This document shows positions 1 to 7,399 of a DNA stretch of 32,000 bases, piece by piece. Numbering within the stretch: position 1 is the stretch's first letter; each line of letters begins with the position of its first letter. The translations under genes were made by a program, and so were the position numbers. A model generated the notes under the pieces. That model was not told where the DNA came from and searched no databases. It was given only the letters and a program-made list of their open reading frames with translations. Origin of the DNA: Xanthomonas campestris pv. campestris str. ATCC 33913 (GTDB lineage: Bacteria > Pseudomonadota > Gammaproteobacteria > Xanthomonadales > Xanthomonadaceae); the NCBI RefSeq assembly GCF_000007145.1, contig NC_003902.1, forward strand, positions 1,567,436 to 1,599,435, read 5' to 3'.

Positions 1-230
1 TGCTGTGCCTTGCTCTGCACCACCGGTGCCACCACCGCGCGTGGCTTGGCCTTGGCCTTGGTGCTCCTGGCCGGCTTGGTGGACTTCTTGGCCTTGCCCG
101 CCTTCGCGCGCGTTTGCGAGGTCTGTGCCTTGCCGGTCTTCTTCTTGGCTGCATCGGCCGGTGCGGCCAGCGACAGGTTCAACACGGCGGCCATGGCCAG
201 GGACAGCAGGCGGGAAAAGCTAAGCGGCAT
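1..230 (-). CDS. 5' part of a secreted lysine/alanine-rich protein; runs off the left edge, product unknown
   Basis: Absent from the ORF track because no stop lies in the window. Minus-strand ATG at 230 (cat 228-230) with GGAG 8-11 nt upstream. Translates MPLSFSRLLSLAMAAVLNLSLAAPADA/AKKKTGKAQTSQTRAKAGKAKKSTKPARSTKAKAKPRAVVAPVVQSKAQ..., a Sec-type signal peptide with an AxA site followed by a basic low-complexity linker. The frame stays open to position 1. Confidence 0.45.
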   Translation of the reverse strand, partial: MPLSFSRLLSLAMAAVLNLSLAAPADAAKKKTGKAQTSQTRAKAGKAKKSTKPARSTKAKAKPRAVVAPVVQSKAQ

Positions 231-440
231 TACCGGCTCCGGAAACAAGCGAGCGGGGAGCTTGCCCGATCCGCACCGTTACGGCCAGCCACCAGGGTCA
301 TGGCCCGCGCGTGCAATTCATGCACGGCACGGGCAGGGCGCCGCGTGAGGAATAAATGCTGCGGTGCGATAACGTGCCGCACGGCTTGTGCTGCAAGCGT
401 TGACGGCACCAGGTTCGGTCGCTCGTCGCGGCCGCCTGGC

Positions 441-1217
441 TCAATCGGCGGCAGCTTCTTCGCGCAATTGTTCGGCGCGTTCGGCGCCGAGATACGCGCC
501 GATGGCGCGGCGCGCCAGATACAGCAACGGAATCAGCGCGATCGCAAAGCCCATCTTGTAGAGGTAGTTGAGCGTGCTCACGGCCAGGAACTGGTCGATG
601 GACCAATGCTGTGGGCCCAGCACGAAGGCGATATAGATCACCACGAAGCTGTCCACCAGCTGCGACACCGCCGTGGAGCCGGTGGCGCGCAACCACACGT
701 GTTTTTCGCCGGTGGCGCGGCGGATGCGGTGGAACACCGACACATCGATCAACTGCCCGAACAGAAACGCCACCAGCGAGCCGCCGATGGTCCACAGGCC
801 TTGCCCGAACACCGCCGCAAAGGCGGCCTGGTAGTCCGGCACGCCCTGGCTCTGCGCGGCGGTGACCCACCAGCCGGCCGGTGCCAGCGCGATAGCCGCA
901 AACGCGAACACGAAGCCGTAGCCGATCAGGCCCACCGCCACCCAAGAGATGAAACGCACCCCGCGGCTGCCGAAGAACTCGTTGATGGTGTCGGTCATGA
1001 TGAACACCACCGGCCACAGCAAGGTGCCGGCGGTGAAGCTGAGCGAGCCGGTTTGCCCGAACAGGTTCCAGTTCAACGGCGCGATGCCGAGGGTGTCTTC
1101 CAGCGCAAAGATCTTGACGCCGATGAACTCCGCCAGCGCGGCGTTGACGCAAAAGAACGCCGCCAGCGCGATGAACAGCCGTACCGCACGATCGTCGAGG
1201 GTACGCACGTGTGTCAT
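441..1217 (-). CDS. yhhQ: Queuosine-precursor transporter, YhhQ/DUF165 (VUT) family inner-membrane protein
   Basis: ORF track 441..1271, trimmed to ATG at 1217 (MTHVRTLDD...). Polytopic membrane protein. The C-terminal half (QLIDVSVFHRIRRATGEKHVWLRATGSTAVSQLVDSFVVIYIAF...NYLYKMGFAIALIPLLY) aligns by eye with E. coli YhhQ (QILDVHVFNRLRQ..WWLAPTASTLFGNVSDTLAFFFIAF). High GC3 in this frame. Confidence 0.85.
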   Translation of the reverse strand: MTHVRTLDDRAVRLFIALAAFFCVNAALAEFIGVKIFALEDTLGIAPLNWNLFGQTGSLSFTAGTLLWPVVFIMTDTINEFFGSRGVRFISWVAVGLIGYGFVFAFAAIALAPAGWWVTAAQSQGVPDYQAAFAAVFGQGLWTIGGSLVAFLFGQLIDVSVFHRIRRATGEKHVWLRATGSTAVSQLVDSFVVIYIAFVLGPQHWSIDQFLAVSTLNYLYKMGFAIALIPLLYLARRAIGAYLGAERAEQLREEAAAD

Positions 1218-1221
1218 GGCG

Positions 1222-1893
1222 TCAGCGGTCCGCAGTCCGGGTAAATGGAACGGTCTCCGGCGACACGGCACCGCCGGAAATGATGAAGCTCATCGCCTGG
1301 TCCACGGTCCAGTCGGTGGGCGTGAGCAGCTCCACCGGCACGATCTCCAGATAGCCGGAGGTGGGGTTCGGCGTGGTCGGCACATACACCGCTGCCAGCT
1401 CGCGGCCGGTGCCCTGTTCCTTGATCACGCGGGTGACCAGACCAACCGATTTCATATCGCGATGCGGGAAGTCGATCAGTACCACGCGTTGCGTGCTACC
1501 AGGCTGCGTCTGCAGGATGTCCAGCAACTTGCGCGCGCTGTCGTAGACCACGCTGGCCAACGGAATGCGCCGCATGATCGCTTCGAACCAGCGCAGCAGC
1601 CGCTGGCCGATCACGCGTCGGCTCAGGACACCCACGAACAGGATCACCGCTACCGTTGCGATCAGCGCGATGGTGTTCTGCACCCACAGCGCCGTGATCC
1701 AGCCCAGGTAATGCGGGAACGAGGCCGCGATGCGTCCGGACAAGGGCACCACCCACGGGCTGCTGATGCCCGACAGCAGCGAGAACACGAACTTCACCAC
1801 CACCCAGGTCAGCCAGACCGGCAGCAAGGTGAGCAGGCCGGTCAGGAAGACCCGTTGCACGGAGGGACGATGCGGAGCAGAGGATTCAGACAT
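1222..1893 (-). CDS. DUF502-family membrane protein
   Basis: ORF track 1222..2667 is a long 5' extension rich in Pro/Ala/Arg. The plausible start is ATG at 1893 (MSESSAPHRPSVQRVFLTGLLTLLPVWLTWVVVKFVF...). Two N-terminal TM helices followed by the ...RIPLASVVYDSARKLLD...VGLVTR...VYVPTTPNPTSGYL motif typical of DUF502. The stop lies 4 nt upstream of the yhhQ start, suggesting an operon. Confidence 0.8.
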   Translation of the reverse strand: MSESSAPHRPSVQRVFLTGLLTLLPVWLTWVVVKFVFSLLSGISSPWVVPLSGRIAASFPHYLGWITALWVQNTIALIATVAVILFVGVLSRRVIGQRLLRWFEAIMRRIPLASVVYDSARKLLDILQTQPGSTQRVVLIDFPHRDMKSVGLVTRVIKEQGTGRELAAVYVPTTPNPTSGYLEIVPVELLTPTDWTVDQAMSFIISGGAVSPETVPFTRTADR

Positions 1894-2057
1894 GCGCGCA
1901 TTGTAGGCATTCGCTTGCGGCCGGTGGGCCTGTGGTTCGGCCAGCGCGTGGCGTGTTCGCGTCGGCAGCGTGGTGCGGTACAGCCGCCATTCGGGCAATC
2001 GCATCCGGTAGGTGGCCCCCGCTAAGATGCCAGCCTTCTCCAGGGAAGGTGTCTGCC

Positions 2058-3197
2058 ATGCTCGCAACGTTCTTGAAATGGGCCCTGCTGTCGGTGGGTT
2101 TGGTGGTTGCGTTGCTGGTGGGAGCCCATGCGCTCTCCGCGCGCTGGCCGATCCCGCAGGCCCAGCAGCAGGCCCAGCAGCAGGCGCTGGCGCAACTGCG
2201 TCAGCCACGGCCCGCGCCGCCGGCGGGGTCGAATCTGTTTGTCGCGCTGTGGGCATCGCCGTACACGATTCCGAATGAGGAACAGGCAGCGGTGCTGGCG
2301 CGCGACCTGCAGCGCTTCCAGCGCACCCCGGTCGCAAGCGGATTTCGCAGTGAACTGAGCCGCTATCCCTGCGCGCCGGCATGGCCGGCGACTGCGCCGC
2401 CCCAATGCGGTTGGGCCGCTTCCGGATGCCTCGCCCAGGTGCGAGCGCAATCGCGCAGCTATGCGGCTGCGCTGGCGCCACAGGCGCCGTTGCTGGCGCG
2501 TATGGCGAGTTTCTCGCAGCATGCCTACTATCGCGATCCGTTTCCGCGCCGCATCGACTCGCCGCTGCCGGAACTGCAGGGATTGACGTTGTCGATGACC
2601 CAGCACGCGCTGGACTTCGTGCAGGGGCGCCAGGTTCAGGCGGTGGCCGCTGTCTGCAGCGATGCACAGGTGGCGCGCGTGTTGTTGCGCAGCGACGAGA
2701 GTTTGATCGTCACAATGATTGGTGGGGCAATGTTACGCGGCAATGCCGACCTGTTTGCGAGCATGCTCAGCGAACTGCCTGTCAACGTGGCCCTGCCGAC
2801 GCAGTGCGCCAGCGCGTTTGCACCGTTGCGCGTCGAGGACAGCAGCCTGTGTGGCGCGCTGCATGGCGAGGCCAGGATCGTCGATGCGGTATATGCGCAA
2901 ATGCACGGCGAAATGGACCAACGCGCGCAGCGTTGGTACGACCGCGCTGTGCTGTTTTTCGATGCCGAGCGCATGCGTGCACTGACAGCGCCCAACTACA
3001 CCTGGGCCTGCAGCGATGCCGTACGCAAGCAGCTGGTGCAGGATGCACGGGTTGACGGCAGTGCCCTGGCGCCGCCGCCTGCGAAGGATGTTGCCTGCGT
3101 GGCCAACGCCGTCGGGTGTGTGTTGGCGGACGCCCAGTACAGCGATGGTGGCATTATCAGCGTCAGTTGCAGGACACTGCCGCGGCGATGCGGTTGA
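2058..3197 (+). CDS. Hypothetical membrane-anchored/secreted Cys-rich protein; 3' end uncertain (see 3188..3421)
   Basis: ORF track 1932..3197, trimmed to ATG 2058 (MLATFLKWALLSVGLVVALLVGAHA...) with GGAAGG 8-13 nt upstream. N-terminal hydrophobic anchor or signal, a QAQQQAQQQA repeat, and strongly G/C-biased third codon positions across the frame. I recognise no family. Confidence 0.65.
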   Translation: MLATFLKWALLSVGLVVALLVGAHALSARWPIPQAQQQAQQQALAQLRQPRPAPPAGSNLFVALWASPYTIPNEEQAAVLARDLQRFQRTPVASGFRSELSRYPCAPAWPATAPPQCGWAASGCLAQVRAQSRSYAAALAPQAPLLARMASFSQHAYYRDPFPRRIDSPLPELQGLTLSMTQHALDFVQGRQVQAVAAVCSDAQVARVLLRSDESLIVTMIGGAMLRGNADLFASMLSELPVNVALPTQCASAFAPLRVEDSSLCGALHGEARIVDAVYAQMHGEMDQRAQRWYDRAVLFFDAERMRALTAPNYTWACSDAVRKQLVQDARVDGSALAPPPAKDVACVANAVGCVLADAQYSDGGIISVSCRTLPRRCG

Positions 3198-3421
3198 TTG
3201 GCGTGGTGCTGTGGCTACGCGAGCACCCTGATGCGCGCCCGCTCGTGCAGCGCCTGCAGGAGCTCCCGGACGAACCGGTGCGGCCAGCACGTGCCATCAC
3301 GATTGCAGCGCAAGGGCAGACCGTGCAGGTGCCGCGTTATGCGCGCCATACGCAAGCGATCCTGCAGTTCCCGATGGCCGGCAGTGCCTTGGCGAATCCA
3401 CCGGCCGTATCGCTGCAGTGA
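3188..3421 (+). CDS. Coding segment in the neighbouring frame: either the 3' part of a frameshifted 2058..3421 gene or an independent overlapping 77-aa ORF
   Basis: In ORF track 3116..3421, the stretch from about 3160 onward has high GC3 (cag cgt cag ttg cag gac act gcc gcg gcg atg cgg ttg att ggc gtg gtg ctg ...). ATG at 3188 lies 10 nt before the upstream stop (3195-3197). The upstream frame loses its codon bias after about 3160. Confidence 0.4.
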   Translation: MRLIGVVLWLREHPDARPLVQRLQELPDEPVRPARAITIAAQGQTVQVPRYARHTQAILQFPMAGSALANPPAVSLQ

Positions 3422-3621
3422 ATCGCGGCAGTGCGTGCACTGCGTGGCTTCGGTATCGATGCGTGCAAGCGCGCTGCTGACGCGCACTGCGTGGCGATCA
3501 CCGCAGCGCCCGTGTTGCTCATCGCCAGACAACGCTGCTGCCGATCACGCAACAACCGCCAGGAATGCTCCGGGCGGCTGCGCGGTGTGATCAGCATCGT
3601 GCGGCGGTGCGCCGCGCTTGC

Positions 3622-5169
3622 CTAGAAGCGGAAGTTCAACCAGCCCATCACGAAAGTGGAGTCGCCGTAGCCGGCTTTTTCCAGTGCCGGGCCGGCCATC
3701 AGATGCTCGGCGCGGAAGGTCACCGACCAGTTCGGGTCGATGTTCCAGGTGGCGTTGATGCGCGGCATGGTGCCGATACGGCGCTCGCCGGTGTTCTGCG
3801 TGCGTGCGTAGGCGCGTGCCTGGTTGTTGTAGATGGCATCGCTGGTGGTCTGCCGCCACAGGGTTTCCCACTCCAGATTCACGGTGATCTTGGGGGTGGG
3901 CGAGAAGGTGAATGTGGGCGCGGCGGTCACCAGATTGACCGGGCCGAAGAACGTGGCCCAGCTGAAATAGATGGTGTTGCCGTAGAGGAAATTGTTGTTG
4001 CGCAAGGTGCCGGTGCCGGAGGTGCCACCGCCGCCGGAGGCGATTTCGCTATGGAAGCCCAGGCGCGGTTTCCAGCCGCTGTCGCTCAACGTCCAGGCAT
4101 TGGAGGTGCTGGCCATGTAGGCGCGCAGGTCGCGTCCGCCGAAGCTGCCGCGCTGCACGGTCACGAACGAATCGGTGCGCAGCTTGCCCACATTGCCCCA
4201 CAACCGCAGGCCGTAGTAATTGCGGTTTTCTTCGGCGGTCTGGCGGCCCCACACCTGGTTGTCGTTGCGAAATTGATAGAAGAACGGCTCCAGATACATC
4301 GGCTTGGCTGTCGGCAGGCGATAGCCCCCCACCACGCCGCGGAAATGCCGCGAGCGGTCGATGCGGTCATCGCCCAAACCCTCGGTGCCATCCAGGTTGA
4401 AGTTGAAATCGAACACGTCCACACGTGTCTTCTCGCCGATCGCCCAGGCGCGCACGCCATTGAAGGTCACGAAGATGTCGGTGTTGTCGCGCAGTGCCAT
4501 CAAGGTGGTCGGCCCGTCCACAAACACCTGGCGGCCAACGCGCAGGCCGAGGTCGGTTTCGGCAACCTGGCCCTTCACGTCGAAGAACACCTGCTGCAGG
4601 ATCGCGTTGTTTTCCTGCGTGCCGGTCTTGGCGCCTTCATTGCGCCCGTCCAGGCTGCCATGGGCCAGTTCCGTGTAAAGACGGAAGTGCTCGCCCACGT
4701 GCAGGTCGGCGCCAAAGAACGCACGGAACAGATACTGCTGCTGCGAATGGCTGCCCGGAATCAGGCCGGGGTTGGTCACGGTATTGCTGCGCACGCGCAG
4801 TTCGTTGTTGAGCGTCAGATACACATCGCCGGACTCGCTCAACGGAATGAACTTGAGCGGATCAAACGGGCTCTTCCGCTTGGAGGTGTCTTTCAGATAC
4901 GACCAGTCTTCGGCCCAGCGCACCTGCCACATGTTGCCGCCCTGCTTGGCACCCCAGCCCTGCGCTTCCAGCGGATAACCGGTGGGGGCGGGCGGTGCCG
5001 GCGTCTTGGCCGGTTCGGCCTGCGGCTGTTCGATCGCGGGTGCGGCTGTCTGCGCCTGCTGCGCAATGCTCACGCCCGAAAGCGACAACCCGATCGCAAG
5101 GCACAGGCACTTGGTGGCGCCAAAGGAAGTGTCAGCCATGGACGGCCGTGCCGAACGCGCAAATCGCAT
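3622..5169 (-). CDS. Outer-membrane beta-barrel porin, alginate-export (AlgE-like) family
   Basis: 515-aa ORF. Signal peptide MRFARSARPSMADTSFGATKCLCLAIGLSLSGVSIA/QQ, a Pro/Ala-rich linker, then alternating beta-strand-like sequence rich in aromatic residues, Gly, Asn and Arg. The C-terminus ...GWLNFRF ends in Phe, an OMP sorting signature. Alternative start ATG at 5139. Confidence 0.8.
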   Translation of the reverse strand: MRFARSARPSMADTSFGATKCLCLAIGLSLSGVSIAQQAQTAAPAIEQPQAEPAKTPAPPAPTGYPLEAQGWGAKQGGNMWQVRWAEDWSYLKDTSKRKSPFDPLKFIPLSESGDVYLTLNNELRVRSNTVTNPGLIPGSHSQQQYLFRAFFGADLHVGEHFRLYTELAHGSLDGRNEGAKTGTQENNAILQQVFFDVKGQVAETDLGLRVGRQVFVDGPTTLMALRDNTDIFVTFNGVRAWAIGEKTRVDVFDFNFNLDGTEGLGDDRIDRSRHFRGVVGGYRLPTAKPMYLEPFFYQFRNDNQVWGRQTAEENRNYYGLRLWGNVGKLRTDSFVTVQRGSFGGRDLRAYMASTSNAWTLSDSGWKPRLGFHSEIASGGGGTSGTGTLRNNNFLYGNTIYFSWATFFGPVNLVTAAPTFTFSPTPKITVNLEWETLWRQTTSDAIYNNQARAYARTQNTGERRIGTMPRINATWNIDPNWSVTFRAEHLMAGPALEKAGYGDSTFVMGWLNFRF

Positions 5170-5317
5170 CTTGTTACCCCATCAAAAAGTGAAAACCACC
5201 TGAGCGAGGTTTATCGGCACAGGGGTCACCGACTGTAGTGGAGCCGTACAGGAAAGGCAGTAACCCAAAGGTTCTAAGCTCATGAACGTACTTGGGTTTG
5301 GCAATGCGAGCGCGACA

Positions 5318-5522
5318 GGGATGGGAATGGGGAATGGGGAATCGGGAATGGGGAATTGCAAAGGCGTGCAGTCGTCGCCTAGGTCGACTGATTAAAAAGA
5401 ACGCGGGCTCACGCACATAAAGCGCGTGTGCGGCAGAACATCACAAGCGTGGATTTGACTCGCGACTGGCAGATCACGTGCACCGCCGTTGCGATTCCCG
5501 ATTCCCCACTCCCAATTCCCGG
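5318..5522. repeat. Inverted GGGAATN-heptamer hairpin element, copy A
   Basis: Left arm 5323-5357: GGGAATG GGGAATG GGGAATC GGGAATG GGGAATT, with a degenerate GGGAT at 5318-5322. Right arm 5493-5520: GATTCCC GATTCCC CACTCCC AATTCCC, the reverse complement. The spacer is 133 nt. It lies in the divergent region between the porin and padR starts. Confidence 0.9.
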
Positions 5523-5596
5523 CTACATGACTACCGGCACATTCGCTATACCCAACTTCTACATAGCATTGCCTTCGACCTAGTGCGGAGGTGGCA

Positions 5597-5959
5597 ATGA
5601 ACGATCCGGATGCCTATCTGAAGAAATTTCAGAAGGAGCTCAGCGCCGGCACGGTGTCGTTGGCGTTGCTGGCGGTGCTGGCCCAGGCCGATGCGCCGCT
5701 GTACGGCTACCTCATCGCCAAGCGGCTGGAGCGGCTGGACGGTGTGCTCAGCGGCAAGCAGAGCGCGCTGTATCCGGTGCTGCGCAACCTGGAAGGGGCC
5801 GGGCTGTTGCAGAGCCATGTCGAGCCATCGGCGTCCGGCCCGCCACGTCGTTATTACCGCATTACCGAAACCGGGCGTGATTGCCTGCGCGCGTGGACGG
5901 CCGCCTGGCGTGCCACCCGCGATTCCGTCGACTCTGTGCTGGAAGGGACCCACTCATGA
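5597..5959 (+). CDS. PadR-family winged-helix transcriptional regulator
   Basis: ORF track 5591..5959. ATG at 5597 with GGAGG at 5587-5591. Carries the PadR signature GYLIAKRL...SALYPVLRNLEGAGLL...RRYYRITETGR. The stop overlaps the next gene's start (ATGA at 5956-5959). Confidence 0.88.
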   Translation: MNDPDAYLKKFQKELSAGTVSLALLAVLAQADAPLYGYLIAKRLERLDGVLSGKQSALYPVLRNLEGAGLLQSHVEPSASGPPRRYYRITETGRDCLRAWTAAWRATRDSVDSVLEGTHS

Positions 5960-6867
5960 ACACGATTACGCCACCGCGTCCGCTGCCGACCACCATTCCC
6001 GATTACCTCACGCAGTTGCGTCACGCGTTGGCCGGCGCTGACCCGGCGATGATCCAGGACGCGCTTTACGACGCCGAGGAATACCTGCGCGCCGAACTGG
6101 CCGAGCAAGCCGGCAAGAGCGAGGCCGAGGTGATTGCCGGTGTGGCTGGCAGCTACGGCGCGCCCGACGAAGTGGCCGAGATCTACCGCGAAACCGAAGT
6201 CACAGTGACACGTGCATTGCGCCCGCCACTGCCGCCCAAGCGGAGTTCGTGGATCGGCAGTTTCTTCGGCGTGGCCGCCGATCCGCGTACCTATGGCGCG
6301 CTGTTCTATCTGCTGTTGTCGCTGGTCACCGGCGTGTTCTATTTCAGCTGGGTGGTCACCGGTGCCAGTCTGTCGGCAGGGTTGCTGATCTTGATCATTG
6401 GCGTGCCGCTGCTGGTGCTGTTCTTCGGCTCGGTGCGGCTGCTGTCGCTGGTGGAAGGGCGGGTGGTGGAAACCCTGTTGGGCGTGCGCATGCCGCGTCG
6501 GCCGCCACATCCGGGCATCCCGGGTAGCTGGTTGCAGCGCATCGGCGCAATGTTCACCGACGCGCGCACCTGGAGCACGATGCTGTACTTCCTGCTGATG
6601 CTGCCGCTGGGCAGCCTCTACTTCACCGTGATCGTGACCTTGTTGTCACTGTCGCTGGGCTTTGCCGCAGCACCGCTGCTGGCGTTGCTGGATACCGGCG
6701 TGCTGTTTTCCTTCGGCGACACGGCGTATGCGAGTGGATGGCTGTCGGTGCCGGTGTGCGTGCTCGGCGTCCTGCTGTTGTTCGCAACGCTGCACCTGGC
6801 GCGTGGACTTGGCAGCTTGCACGGCATGCTGGCCAAGCATCTGTTGGTCAAGAGCGGCGAGGGCTGA
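5956..6867 (+). CDS. Membrane protein with an N-terminal DUF1700/HAAS-like helical domain and a duplicated 'putative sensor' transmembrane module; PadR partner
   Basis: ORF track 5881..6867, trimmed to ATG 5956 (MNTITPP...). The N-terminus IPDYLTQLRHAL...DALYDAEEYLRAELAEQAGKSEAEVIAGVAGSYGAPDEVAEIYRE matches the DUF1700 pattern (YL..L...L...il.DyeEhf...GksEeEvi..lGsP.eiA.E). It is followed by two similar hydrophobic units (YLLLSLVTGVFYFSWVV...SVRLLSLVEGRVVETLLG and YFLLMLPLGSLYFTVIV...ATLHLARGLGSLHGMLAKHLL). Confidence 0.75.
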   Translation: MNTITPPRPLPTTIPDYLTQLRHALAGADPAMIQDALYDAEEYLRAELAEQAGKSEAEVIAGVAGSYGAPDEVAEIYRETEVTVTRALRPPLPPKRSSWIGSFFGVAADPRTYGALFYLLLSLVTGVFYFSWVVTGASLSAGLLILIIGVPLLVLFFGSVRLLSLVEGRVVETLLGVRMPRRPPHPGIPGSWLQRIGAMFTDARTWSTMLYFLLMLPLGSLYFTVIVTLLSLSLGFAAAPLLALLDTGVLFSFGDTAYASGWLSVPVCVLGVLLLFATLHLARGLGSLHGMLAKHLLVKSGEG

Positions 6868-7353
6868 GTGCATTCGCGCGTGAGGTCGTTTCGCATTCGG
6901 CGAAGAGGTGCGATGGCGCTTGCGACGGAAGTGCCGATGCCTGGGTCACCGCGGTGATTGGCGTCGCTGTTGACGTTTTTTGCAGCGACGGCCACGGGCG
7001 ACCTGCAGTGCAGGGCAGTGATCTACAGTGCACGCGCCGCGAATGACGACTTAGAGCAGCTATCAAAACGACTGCGCAGCCGCCAGGCGGGCGCGGCCAG
7101 TGCTCGGAATCGGCATGTACCCGAGTACATTCCGGTTCCTCCGCGCCGTGCGCACCCACCTGACGACTGCTCGCTACGTTTTGTTAGCCGCTCTTAGCCA
7201 GCGCCGCTACGATGGTTTGATGGACGCTAGAACCAGGCGATCAGTCTGCAGGCCATGCGCGAACAACCATGCACTGTGAAGCCCGATCAACAGCAGCCAA
7301 ACGCACGCCGCAGACAACGTACTCGCACGGAAGTGTTGCTAAAAAACAGGCAT

Positions 7354-7387
7354 AAAAAAGCGCTCCCGATCGAAAGACCGGGAGCGC
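7354..7387 (-). terminator. Rho-independent terminator downstream of phaZ
   Basis: Stem GCGCTCCCG (7360-7368) pairs with CGGGAGCGC (7379-7387) around a 10-nt loop. On the minus strand it is followed by T6 (complement of A 7354-7359). It starts 13 nt after the phaZ stop. Confidence 0.75.
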
Positions 7388-7399
7388 CTATCGCGGCGA

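Noticed and set aside
1218-1221. preQ1 riboswitch upstream of yhhQ
   Set aside because: Only 4 nt separate yhhQ from the preceding DUF502 gene, leaving no space for a riboswitch aptamer. I recognised nothing preQ1-like in the 1894-2057 leader either.
1894-2667. Long N-terminal extensions in the ORF track (1222-2667; likewise 7400-9052, 16582-18546, 24416-26359, 19166-20488, 20590-23046, 25609-26598)
   Set aside because: The extensions are Pro/Arg/Ala-rich. They run through neighbouring genes or intergenic repeats and precede internal ATGs that give canonical N-termini with RBS or stop/start coupling. They were trimmed to the internal starts.
3565-5238. 557-aa plus-strand ORF opposite the porin gene
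   Set aside because: Antisense shadow of 3622-5169. The composition (A/G/H/R/V runs) is not protein-like. The minus-strand product has a signal peptide and an OMP C-terminal Phe.
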